64,000 nt of DNA from Camelus ferus (taxonomy: Eukaryota), in the NCBI RefSeq assembly GCF_009834535.1, contig NC_045697.1, forward strand, positions 66,590,001-66,654,000. Direction: 5' to 3'. Position numbers and translations under genes: made by a program. The notes beneath the pieces are model-generated. The model was given only the letters and a program-made list of their open reading frames with translations, did no database searches and was not told where the DNA came from. Every line of letters starts with the position of its first letter. The stretch's first letter is position 1. Shown here piece by piece: positions 40,191 to 52,385 of the stretch.

Positions 40191-40419
40191 CAGCTAAACA
40201 CTGACTGCATATTTGATTGGTTCTCATTCACAAACTGGCAGAATTTCAGAGAGTACTTCCTGAATCATGATTGTCTCTATACATTCAAGGCAGAGCGGCG
40301 AATTTGCCCTCAATACAAGAAGTAAAAAATGGTATTTTAATGAACTTTCAAAGATAGAAAACCACTCTTTTTCTTTTAAAGGTTTGAGGGTGAAAATGAT
40401 GCAACACAAGAATTTGGCA

Positions 40420-40556
40420 ACGAAAGGGGCTGGGTTCAAGTTCTAGGCTTAGGCAAATGTTTTAAACTTCGAGGCCTCCTTTTCTTCAGCTGTAAAATAA
40501 GGCCACTGATTTCACCCCAGTGGATGGCTGTGGTCCCTTCCAGCTCTAACTATAAT
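40420..40556 (+). mobile_element. MIR3-like SINE
   Basis: ctgggttcaagttctagg...ttaggcaaat...ctgtaaaataagg...ggtcccttccagctctaa. Confidence 0.65.
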
Positions 40557-41159
40557 CTTTGTAAAATAGCCTGAGGTCTCCTGGAGTAGTTTGTAAGTGA
40601 AACGAAAAACTCTCAAGGGTAAGACAGTGTCTGGACCTGGCTGTTGACCTCACCAAGTTCGTGAGGTTTTGAAAAATGCTGATTTCCTTCTCTAGAAGAT
40701 TGATTCCAAATTCTGAGTTCTGGACTCAGGACTGTGGGGTTTTTTCTTTAGAGTCATGTAAACCTAATGGATAGCCAAGTTTGGAACTACTTATTTGAAA
40801 AAGTCTCCTATGTTTCTGTCCCGTTCTATTCTTTCTCCTTTGAAAGGCTGGGGAGGAGGACATCTTTCTGTGGATTCTTTGATTATTAAATTTTTGTTGT
40901 CCTTTCCTTAGAGGAAGTTTTTTTTTTTTTTTTTTTTAATAACCTGTGGATATTCTTTTGTGTCTTTTCTATTCCAGGGAGCAAGAACTGTTCTATCACC
41001 AGATCAGTGTTTTTATATGGAAACAGGTACAGTCCTGCCTTATGTTGGAAATATGAAACATTGTTCCCCTCATCAGAGTTTAGCTTGGGAGTTGGGAGTG
41101 GGAGTGGAGATACACATAGACTTAGCTGGAGATTGGCCTTTTCCCTCCATTGTTGGTAT

Positions 41160-41385
41160 CTGTTAAAATTGCCTTCTACTTGCCAGGTACTATGCCAAAC
41201 ACTCAATGTACATTGTTTCATTTTATCTTGTGAACAACTCTTTAAAGGACAGAAGATATTATGATCTATTCTTTTTACAGATGAGAACAATCAGAAGCAG
41301 AGGCTTGATTCACCTGGTCCAGATAACCTGGCTAGACTTGGTAGAGTGGATATTTGAAGTTGAAATTAGGTCAGGCTGCCTTACG
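41160..41385 (-). mobile_element. MIR
   Basis: gccttctacttgccaggtactatgccaaacact...ttttacagatgagaacaatcagaagcagagg. Confidence 0.8.
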
Positions 41386-42779
41386 GTACTTTTAAAAGAT
41401 ACAGTGTTTAGTTTTCAAGGAGGTTTCTTCAGACCTCCTTGAGGATCGTGAGATAGAAGTAAAATGATTTTTGTAAAGGGAATTTAACGTATATCATCAT
41501 TGGAAATGTAGAAATTAGTAAGTTTAAAATGTTATCACTCTCTGATTTTGTTGGCATGCAAATTAAATGAATAATTCCTTGCCTACAAAGTTGATTGTAT
41601 GTAGAATCAGAATTGGCACCAGGCAAAATTATAAGACACAGTGGGCCCTTCTTCTCCTTCCCCTTTTCCACCCTTAACTTCAAGTTACCCTAAGGTTTTT
41701 AGGCTGACTTGATTCTCAGTGCAAGAATCTTTCTACTCGTCTCTCCTTCCTGGCAGCGTCTCACAGAAAACTAGGCCTGCAAACTTAAGAGTTCTAAGAA
41801 TTCTCCTCCCCTCTTCCACTGGTGAGGATTCCCGTCCAGAGCTCGCTCTTTCATAAGATGATTGTGAATCTGAGGTGGCTTTTTTGAGGCACAGTGTACA
41901 AACTCTGATACTGCATGCCAGATTTGTCTGTGTGTACATTTTCTGGCCCATAACTTCACAGTCTCCTTGGAGTCTGTGTTCAGAAAACAAGATGGAAAAT
42001 GTTTTTGCATTCCATCACATTGACATTCTAGGTGGTCTTATATTTTCTGTTTCTGCTACTTATCAAATATTAATGTGATAGCTCATTCCCCAAGACTTTT
42101 TACTCACTACTAATACACATGCTCATTTATTTGTTATTTACACTTCTCTTCTGTTTTCATGAAGTAGTTGAGATTGTTCACATAAAACATTAAACAACTT
42201 ACTAATTTAATTTTTATCCAAGGGGAATACTTTTCATAATGTAATATATTTTATAAATTTTCATCTAATATACTTGAAGGATGGTTTCTAGTTGGAGAGT
42301 TCTTTATTGTGGTACGGTCATTATATATGAAGTATAGGAAATTTAAGATGCAGAATATGGAATTTAGCTTTTTTCTTTGTAAATTATTTTTGCTTCATTG
42401 TAATGATTTTGCCAAGTTTTAATTTGATTATTTTTTTAATACAGAGTTTGAGAGGCTGAAAATTTGAATGCCTTGAGGGTTGATTTGGCAGTAGAATGGA
42501 TTGAGGGCAGGACTATAGAGAGTAATAGGTTCTATGACAAGATAGAAAATAATTGCTCTAGCTAAAGCATTTACATTCACATTGTAGGAAAAATACTGAT
42601 AGTTTAACAAACATGGGCAAAGGCAGATGTCTGTGACCCCTGTCCTACTCCCTTTGTAGGACTAAAGATATACTAGTAAATTGGATACTTTGTAGTTAAG
42701 CTACTACAGGAAAAAAACAAATGATTTTTCATAGTTGGAGGAACATGTGATACTCTTGATCCAGGTCTGTTTTTCATTA

Positions 42780-43115
42780 AGCTGAAAATTCCATGAGTAG
42801 AGGAACTATTGAATCCTCAGAACCTACCAGAGTATTTGGCACGTAGTAGGTTTGTTAAAAACACATTTAGTAGTATAGTCAGTTTTGCCCCCTAACTTTC
42901 CCCCAAATCTGCCTATTCCTGTGCATCTCCACCATCATACCCTGATCTAGGGTACTGCTGTAACTAATAACGTATAATCTACTAAAAGAATTTTTCTGGC
43001 TCTAGTCTGGTCAATGTCAGTCTTTCCACAATGAAACCAGAGTGATCCTCCAAGGATTCAAAACTAAGATAACTCCCTTAATTAAAAGCCTTTAATATAT
43101 TTTCATTGCCCCCAA
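42780..43115 (+). mobile_element. LINE-2 fragments
   Basis: tcctcagaacctaccagagtatttggcacgtagtagg; tctttccacaatgaaaccagagtgatcct...ctcccttaattaaaagccttta. Confidence 0.55.
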
Positions 43116-43257
43116 TTCAGAGAAGAGTTGTGATCACTCGAGGGTGATATCAGAAATTTTATATAATCTTCTTTAGGTGTTAGAGAATTTCTAGACACTA
43201 ATAATATAAAATCTCATGAAAATATCAACTGTAAACTTAAATTTCACATTTACAGAT

Positions 43258-43782
43258 TGTGATTTATCAATTGCAAAAATAGCCCCAGTTGTTTCTTTCT
43301 TGTATCTATATTCTCTGCAATGTGACTTTACTGCTCTTCCTGTTAAGATGTAGTCTATTTCTCTGTCTTGAATCTGCTGGCCTTGTAATTAGGTTTATTC
43401 AATAGAATGTGGCAGAAGTAAGGGTGCCCCGTTCTCAGCCTTAGTCTCAAGAGCCCCAACTTGCTTCTGTTCCCTCTTGGAAGCACGCCACTACCATGAG
43501 GACAAGGACAGGCTAGCCTGGTGGAAGAAGAGCAGCCACGTGGACGACAGCTAAGTTGTGTTAGACTTGAGACCAGCCGTTAGCCAGCTGACCCTGAAAC
43601 ATAGAAGAACCCAGCAGTGATGAGCTACCTGCCTCACCTGAACCTCACCACACAATCTTGAGTGAGCCCACTTGAGATGTGAAAAATCTTCCAGCTGACC
43701 TATAGGTTCATGAGCAACAGTTAATGTTTGGAGCTGCTGAGTTGTAGGGTAGTTAATTTTTGTAGCAGTTGCTAATAGATCT
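43258..43782 (+). mobile_element. MaLR solo LTR (MLT1F/G-like)
   Basis: ttgcaaaaatagcccc...tgcaatgtgactttactgctcttcc...caatagaatgtggcagaagt...ttttgtagcagttgctaata. Confidence 0.85.
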
Positions 43783-44429
43783 ATTTCTGCCTTTTTCATC
43801 CAGTTACTGAAAAAAAGACTCAATTTCAAACAACTGAATATGTTGCATTTTTATTTAGAAAATCATCATTATCAATGTTTGGAAGGATCTGGCAAATGCA
43901 TTTGCCAATTCTTAAGAATTTGCAAAGAATAGTGAAGTTTGAACATTTTTCTATTCCAATTTGTTTTTAAAAACATAAGGAAATACACAGTTACCTTTGT
44001 TTTTTAGCTGAAACTATTAGAGCTAACACATTTATTACCAGAGAAGAAACTAGTATAAAGACATTTTGCCAAACTGTCTGACTGTCCTAATGTTTTTGAA
44101 GGAAATGTTAAATTAACATAGGAAAAGAACACTTGACCACTTGACTTCGATTTTTCACATTATGGTAGAATAAATATTTTGAAAAAATTTCAGGATTTTG
44201 AAAATGCATAATATAAAAATCACAATTTAATGTTAAATATAATTTTTAAGTGCGTTACTTTAAGCTGGCAAAGATACTGAGAGGAATCTTCAGAGGCCAA
44301 AAATAAGAAAACATGAATCCAGAAAAATAAGAAAGAGAGCTCTAAATCTGACAGCCTTGGTGACCCAACCCTGGAAATATGGCATTCTCATGAAAGGACA
44401 TACTTGGACCAAAAATTCCCCTATAGAAG

Positions 44430-45030
44430 GAAGCTTAGTAAAAATGAGGAAAATAAAATGATACAAATAAGTCCAAATATATCAGCAATCACAATAAACG
44501 TAAATGTACTGAGCTTTTTATAGTTCATAAGGACTTTCTAATGACACTGAGAAAAATCCAGCTATATGCTGGTTACAAGTATCATGCCTAGAATATAAGT
44601 TTAAAAACGGCTGAAAGTAAAAAGTGAGATATATGTATCAGCCAGATAATAACAATAATTAATAAGCTTGGGGAGAGAGAGCATGAGAAGAGATAACATT
44701 CTAAGATGAAGAAGCATAATATCCTGAAAGATACAATTCTTATGTGTATCTAAAAGGATGGCTTAAATTTTTTTATTAACGTAAAATTAACTGAATTATA
44801 AGTAGGTGTTGACAAGTGGACTCTTTCAGTAGGAGGTTTGAATGTAATGCTCTTCCTTGTTGCTCGACCAAGCAGGTCCCAAATCAATAAGCAATATAAC
44901 AATGGAGCCACGTAAACATTACATTTGATATTATGGCTCTATATTGTATGTATATATATTGTACTGTGCTACAAATTTGTTGAATACACATTTTTCCCAA
45001 AGTAATGGAAAACATTTTAATAAATCACCA
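44430..45030 (+). mobile_element. Old L1 ORF2 5' (endonuclease) fragment
   Basis: ataagtccaaatatatcagcaatcacaataaacgtaaatg (I-T-I-N-V-N)...atccagctatatgctggttacaag (P-x-I-C-x-L-Q). Confidence 0.75.
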
Positions 45031-47265
45031 TAGACCTTCCAGGTAGCTGAAGACAGTGGAGGGTAGTACGCTAAGTAGCCTCCCCAAACCTCCTCTCCAG
45101 ATATGACATAAATTTCACGACTACTGAATTTCTGTGCAAAAAGTACATGAGCAGCGTTACTTGAAGACAAGGGATTCAAAGATTGCAGAATGACAATGAG
45201 CGCTGCAGCCCCATACATTCCTGTTCGTCCCCTATCACACTCATGGCAGAGCTCATGACAAATGCAGACTTAGGAAAACGAGGGGTGCTTTCTAGGGGCC
45301 TTGAGGAGGAGTTGGAGAGACCACCCCAAAGATGAAATACAAACGGAATCTGAAGACACTAAAAGAGTAACTGGGCCTATGAGAAAAGGATTTTAAAGTG
45401 CATTATTTAACAATTTGATGGGACAGTCTTATGGATCATAGCTTTTCAGAGAGGGAAAAATGGTCAGAAGGAAATGCAGGATTCTTTGGCAGTTGGATGG
45501 TGAAGAGGAAAACAGGAAAGGAGGTATAAAGGAGAACTACAGTCTTAGAGGACGCACAGCCCTTCCCACCTCCAAATCAAATAAACAAAGAAATGAACCA
45601 AGCAAACCAGCTGAAGTACCTGGACTTTGTCAGACTGACAGAAGAGCACCAAAAATATTCCAGTATCACAAAATGAACAAAAGAAAAATAAAATTCATAT
45701 AGATACACTGAAGAAAATCAGGAAATGAATTTTCACATAAATCAACAGTGAGCTGGAGGAAAATATGTCCCCTACCCTGAAAAACAACCAAGAACTAGAA
45801 GAAAAAACTGTGCTGACTCCAAACAGAATTCAACGTAAAGCATTTAAGTATATGAAAACTTACCTTTAATCAGAAATTTGAAAACCAAAAACAAATTGAA
45901 AAAACAATGAAAAGTGAAAAATAGTACACATATTTATCTCAGGAAATAAATGAAAGGAAAAAGACAAAATTACTTCAAAAATAAAGAAAAATTAAAAGGC
46001 ACCCAAGGAATAACATAATAACAGACCCAAAGGTAAGTAAGAAACGTTAAGGAAAGATAGGAGAACTTCGAAGATAATACAGATGGCATAAAGCAGCAAA
46101 ATAGAAATGATTGGAAATGGAAGGTAGGCAATAATATATGAAGGAATTATATTTGCATTATTTAACTCTCTGAAGAAAAAATGTTCAGAATTAATTTTTA
46201 AAACTATAATCCAAGAAAACATCTCAGAAATAGAAGAAATCCTGAATCTCTACACATTGAAAGTGCTTACAAGGGAAAATTAACCCTGAACAATCAACTC
46301 TGAGATTTAGCGTGTTTCAGAGAGAGTGATAAAAGCCTCAAGGCTAATAGGCAAAGAACAAAGAATACTTAGACTAGCATCAGACTTTTCAAAACCAGTA
46401 TACGAGGAAAGCAGGGCAACAGTGTTGATATGTTATTAATGTTATTACTCTTATTGTTATCCTCAATGAAATAAAAATACTGTCCTTTCTACTACCCCAA
46501 ATCTTTGAAAAATAAAGAGCAAACAGCAAATATAATAAATTACACATAAATACACAACACTGATGCAGTTGAGACCAAATGTGTCAGACATAATGCATGT
46601 AAATAGGGTTAAGTCACCCAGTTAAAAGAAAAAGATGGTCATTCTGACACATAATACAAAACCCAACTATATGCTAGTTTATTACAGACACGTCTAAAAC
46701 AAGATGATTCAAAGAAGCCAATAATAAAGGAGTGGACATAAGTATATCAGGCAAAAGGGCATAGAAAGAAAGCAAGGGTCCTGGTATCAAAGTGGAATAC
46801 AAGCTTCAAAGCATTAAGCATCACAGAGACGAACACTTTTAATACTAAAAGCCATGGTCCACAGTGAAGCTATAATGTTTTTGAGTATGTATGTTCCAAA
46901 TAACCCAGCAACAACTTTTATGAAACAAAAACTGCAGGAGATGGAAGAAGACAGATGGCAACCCACTAAATAGGTGACTTTAATAACATGACACTCAGCA
47001 CAGGACAGATCAGGTGGACAGAAGATTAGTAAAGGGAAAGAAGATATAAACAAGGTAATCAGTAGGGTGGGTCTTAGAGATGTTATGTATGTAAACTCTA
47101 CACCCTGACAGAGATTACACATTCTTTTTAAGTGCCTATTGCACATTTGCAAAAATTTATCACACCTCATTCACAAAGAAAACAATTTTATGAAGTAGAA
47201 ATACGACAAGTAGCAATTTCTGATCACTATGCATTAAAAGGAGCATTTCCTAATGAAAACAAGAC
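45030..47265 (+). mobile_element. Old L1M/HAL1-type element: 5' region, ORF1-like A-rich segment and ORF2 endonuclease fragment
   Basis: aaaactataatccaagaaaacatctcagaaat...tagactagcatcagacttttcaaaa (ORF1); catgtaaatagggttaagtcacccagttaaaaga...cccaactatatgct...tatgttccaaataac...ggtgactttaata (EN motifs). Confidence 0.75.
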
Positions 47266-48269
47266 ATGTTAGGAACTTTGAAGGAGAGAGAAATGATCAG
47301 TTTACAGAGAGAAGACCAGGAGCATATACACTTAGTTTGTAGAATGGTGGGGCATAAATCTTCATCTTTGTTGGGTTTAAAAAAAAAAAAAAACTGAAAA
47401 AAAATTTAATTTACCAGTGCTGGTGCTCAGTTCAGCAAACTTTGTTTTCCCATTCTGTGCAAAATACTGGGTGTACAGAGATGAAAAACTCTTCCTTGCC
47501 TTGGAGAAACTCCCAGCAGAGGTGGGTAATTATGATCATATGTAATCACTGTATGATTACAGTGGCAGAATTGATCAAGCAGTCTTGGAAAATACTCAGC
47601 ATCTAATTTAATATTTCTGTGCTTGTGGAGGGAGCAGGATCTTCCTATCAGGCCGAAGCTCTCCAGACCCTGTGCTGTTTTTCCTCTATACCTTGTGGCC
47701 TGGATAATGCAAATCCTGTTGCATAGACTGCTCACAGTAGGTACTGAGTACAGTTAAAATCCGAGCAATGATTTTCATTTATCTTATTTCTGTAGTTTAC
47801 AAGTACTTTGTATCATTTTATTATTTATACTCTATGACAGTTTTTAAATAAGATATTGCAACTGCTCTTCATAGATGAGGCCCTTCACCTGAACAGAGCT
47901 TTTCTAAGATGCTTTCTGCTCTAGAATCCCTTGTACCAACTTTGGGATAGTAGTGAGATGGCTGGTTGTCTTGTTTATATTTGTTAAAAAAAAAAAAAAA
48001 GTAACTAACTGTTTTAAACTACTCGAGTTAGGCTTGTTTATTTTAGACCATTTAAAAAGCACAGAATACATAAAAAAAATAAAATAAATACTACTTGTCA
48101 CCCAGATGAGCACTTTTCATGCTTTGGTCTGTATTCTTCTTGTTCTTTTACTGTCTCATCTCGTCATCTCTACTTAGCTTTTTTCTTTCCTCCTCTTTCA
48201 TTTGCACCTTCTATATGTGTACAATTAAGAATATTTTGTGTATCTGTTGTTCTTTTACACAATGTGATG

Positions 48270-48480
48270 GTGGTACCAGGGAGGAGAAATTACAAGTGGG
48301 CAGATTGAGGAAGGCTTTCTTGAAGGTGGTGATTTTTGGATCTGGGTTTCAGAGAATAGGGGAGATTTTTGACAGGCAAAAATGGGGAAGAAGATCACGT
48401 TAGGTAAAGTTCTCTCACTAAAGGCACAGAGGCAGGAAAATTTGCTGTGTTAGGCAAATGCAAATAGTTACAACTGTATG
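48270..48480 (-). mobile_element. LINE-2 fragment
   Basis: ggaaggctttcttgaaggtggtgatttttggatctgggtttcagagaatagg...aaggcacagaggcagga. Confidence 0.65.
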
Positions 48481-48499
48481 TTCACTTATAAAAGCATAA

Positions 48500-48660
48500 A
48501 CAATAACAATAGTTGATGATACCATGCACTTTTTGTTGGAAGCACCTTGTAAACATTAATTTTTTCATAATTATATGAGGTAGGTTCCATTAATCATGTT
48601 ACAGATAAGGAAACTAAAGGATAGTGGGATGAAGTAGTAACTTGGTCCAAAAGTGGAAAG
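48500..48660 (-). mobile_element. MIR fragment
   Basis: atgaggtaggt...ttacagataaggaaactaa...aagtagtaacttggtccaa. Confidence 0.6.
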
Positions 48661-49933
48661 TGATAAAGCTGAGATGGAGACAGAGGAAGGCTAACTGGAA
48701 ATTTGTGTTTGTAATGTGGCCAGTGAACTGAAATTTCTGGGCTAGTCCCAATTTCAAATGTTTTGTTATAAAGTTGCTTACCTTGGATTGCATTATTTTA
48801 TTGTCTTTTATTGTCAGAAAATCTATTAATGATAGATTGCTAGGGAAACCATATATTCCATTGTTTCTTACACTGCAAAATCGACTTTTCACCAGTATTA
48901 AAATATTCTACATTTTATAGTATACTTTAATACTAAGTTGAAAGAGGGATAGTTAAAAAAAAAAAAAAGACTTCAGCAGCCTTTTTTTCCCCCTTATTTT
49001 AAGTGTATATGGGAACCTCAAAGAATAAGAGAGAAATTTATAATGAAGTCCTTTTAATATGTCAGCACCAGAAATCTCTTGTGTGGAATCTAAGAGAGAC
49101 CCCGCCCCCCCCAATGAATTTTTATTGTCAAGTAGTACAATGGTGATGTTCCAAACATGTTATCCAAAAGTGAACTTACTAGAGTTTTAACAAATGTATT
49201 TTATCCCTTGCCTTCCTCTATTTTTATCTTAATTTGCCTGTGGTTAAAGTATTTTTCCATCATAATGCTATAAGATATTTGATAAATTCTGAATATATTA
49301 TACTTGATAAGCATTTTACGAGCCAAACATGTCTTAAGCCCTGTGACAACTCTGTATTCTCTCTGTTTCCCAGATGAAACTGAGGCTCAAATTAGTACAG
49401 GGAAAACAAGTTAAGATCGAAAGTTAGGTGTCTGCAGCTTTAAAGCACATGCATGTTCTACTCTGGGGTGCTAAAATTCTGATTCTTTAAGTACAAAAAG
49501 TGGTCATTGAAAAAAAAAAAAACCAAAAGGTTTTACTCTTGATTCTGATGTGAACAGAGGAAGTTCTTACTAGTTCTGAGCCTCCCCCAGTTTTTTTTCA
49601 CTGATGCTGCTGTCCTGCAAAGAGCTGTCCCATACAGAGTAGCCATAATGTACTGCAGCCCCCAGGTTCCAAAACGGGAAACCTGAGAAGGAGCCACAGC
49701 CTTCCTGTAAGCAACAGATGGTTACTGTTTAAATGAGGGTAAACTCTGGATCTCATCTGTGAAGTGATTTTAGGTTTCTGCAGGGCGGGTGGGTTCAGAG
49801 GGTTAGTCAAGGCAACAAGCTAGTAAGAAGATTTAGGAGGAGGAAGAAGTAAACAAACCAAATTTATTGTAGCATTTTTCACCCTTATATACGATTCAAT
49901 CACAGTCATGTGGCAGGTTGTATGTTTCTGCCA

Positions 49934-49958
49934 CCCCCACCCCACCCCACCCCACCCC
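49934..49958 (-). repeat. (GGGGT)n tract, G-quadruplex-forming motif
   Basis: ccccc a cccc a cccc a cccc a cccc on the + strand. Confidence 0.8.
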
Positions 49959-50538
49959 AAATAGAGGAGGAGGGGCGAAGGGAGGGCATGGCAGGCTGTT
50001 GAAATTTGTAGTGTGTTGGCACCCAGCAAGTGAGTTTTGCTAGGGGGGTAAGTCCTGTGGCTTGTTTTCTGCCTTCGTGAATAGAGCCTTTCCGTCTTTG
50101 CCAAGCCTGCAGTTAATGCGGTCAAGGGATTTATTATGAAATGTACTAAATCTTGGCATGCAGCTAATTGCATATAACAAGAAGCGTGCTAGAGGCTTGG
50201 ACCTGAGAAGTGACACATGCAAAAAGCATTCTCTTTCTGATGTTGCTGAAAGAGGTTCTGTGTAGGGGAGTGTCTGCATGTCTGCGCTTATTGCTAATGA
50301 GGTAACCCCTCACCCAAAGCACATGTCTGAGTTGCTTGTTAAAATAAATGCAGAGTTCTCTCTCTCTCTCTCATAGTTGTGAACAATTGGCAATTGAAGA
50401 ATGAATATTTACTAACTCTTAACTCCACTTCTAAAACTCTTACTGTGCCGTAAAAATACACTCATGGCAGTTGAAATTACATAATTAAAATCTAGAGTAA
50501 TTCTGATGCAAAGGTATAAAAGGGAACCAGAGAGATGT

Positions 50539-50929
50539 TGTACTAAGTCAAGCTGCCATAACAAAACACCATAGAGTTAGTGACTTAAACAACAGAAGTT
50601 TTCTTAGTTCTGGAGGCTGAAAGTCTGAGATAAGGGTACCAGCATTGTGGGTCTGATGAGGGCTCTCTTCCTAGCTTGCAGACAGATGATTTTTCTTTGT
50701 ATCTTCGAGTGGTGGGAGAGGAAGCATAAGGGGAGATCCAAAGAGCACGAGCTGTCTGGTCCTCTTCTTACAAGAGCACTAGTGCTGTCATAAGGTACCA
50801 CACCCCACCCCCATGACCTCATCTAAACCTAATTACATCCAAATGCCCTATCTCCGGATACCATCATCCTGAGATGGTAGGGCTTTTTCAACATAAAGTT
50901 TTGGAGGGGACACAATCCAGTCCATAGCA
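50539..50929 (-). mobile_element. MaLR solo LTR (MLT1A/A0-like), full length
   Basis: TG...CA ends (tgtactaagtcaagctgccataacaaa...caatccagtccatagca), 5-bp flanks gatgt/gaagt (4 of 5 match). Confidence 0.9.
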
Positions 50930-52229
50930 GAAGTATTTAAAAGGAAAAAACAAATATTGCCTCTTTTTAAGCTCAGTGCGTGTTCTTAAAACTTTAAAGT
51001 TTATTTTAAAAGTATAATTGAGTAAATTAAAAGTAAAAATTGAGTGACTTTTAAAAATCCCTTTCTGTTTTTGTGAAATTTTGTTACATGAATTTTCTCA
51101 AAGCATTATTTGGATATTTATTTTTATAGTCCTCACAACACCCTAATGTATGCATTGTATATAGTAGGTGCTTAATACTTGTTTGGTACATTAAAAACTT
51201 AAACACTTTTAACACTTTCCCACAGTACATACCACATACACATTAATTTACTGAAATATACAGAGATTAAACCAATAAAACTTGGTTCAGTGAAACAGTC
51301 ATATCTTTTGACCGTAAGGAGAAACATTTTTCTGCAGATAATCCTCTTCCCTTCCAATAACAAAAGCTGGTTAACAAAGTACGTTTAGGAAATAAATGCA
51401 AAGTTTTGTATTTTCTTAGATTAGTGATTTCTGTATGCATGTGAAGCTAAGACCTTGTTACTTAAAAAGTAAGTGGGAAGAGATAAATGGTGGGTTGCTT
51501 ATGGTAGCTTCTGTTATATGACTAACACTAATCTTTTTGGTACTAGCGGTTTTTGAAGTGGCGGTAATCCTGAACTTAAAACAGTAGTGGCCACACATTT
51601 TAATCGTGGCCAGCAAAAAGGAAATGCTGAAATGAAAGTGTAGCCTTTGAAAAAAACAGTAGCATTCAAAGATAGAACAGCCAAGAGATCATTTGTGTGA
51701 TCCCTATAACCTTGAAAATTCATTAATATCTAGGGCTTACCAGAGCAGTTTCAATTTTTATCAAGTGCCAGATATTGGCACTGATCAGGGTAATAAAAAC
51801 CTGATGATTTACAGAGAAGGAATAGCTTCTTTGCTTGTTCATTCACTTAAAATTGATTTACTGAGGTTCTCCTCTGTTTTGAGGCACCATGCCAAGCACT
51901 GTGACAGACACCAATCAGTGATAGCTTTTACCCTCCAGTACTTAATTCTGTATTTACTTAACTAATATTAAATTGAGTCCCTCCTACATATACAGTACTG
52001 TCCTGCCTCTTGGGACTGAAAATACAAACATCAGTAAGAATGGCCCTTTTCAAAAAAGCTTGTGTCTCATCCAGGGAAATACGCATAAACACGTAATTGC
52101 TCTTAGTTATTAAGTTTAATAACTTGAGATTTGGTGCCAGCTCTAAATAGAGGTTAATATTCAAGAGGAACGAACACATGGCTTTCCAAACCATTCACCA
52201 GGTCTGGTATATGTTACCACAGTAGTTTA

Positions 52230-52385
52230 AGTCCTTGCTGCCCAAAGGGTGGTCTAAGAACCAGCAGCAATGTCATCACTTGGGAGAAATTACTGGAAAT
52301 GCATAAGAATCTCAGCTCCCACTCCAGGCCTACTGAATCTGAGTTGACATTTGATTCATACATGTATTGAAGTTTAGGAAGCTTT
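52230..52385. mobile_element. MER5A-like hAT MITE
   Basis: caaagggtggtc...accagcagca...catcacttgggag...gaaatgca...aatctcag...cctactgaatctga. Confidence 0.8.

Noticed and set aside
41757..41821. Exon candidate (ctctccttcctggcAG...CTG|GTGAGG)
   Set aside because: 65 nt, frame-shifting, no recognisable peptide; pseudo-exons like this are frequent in long introns.
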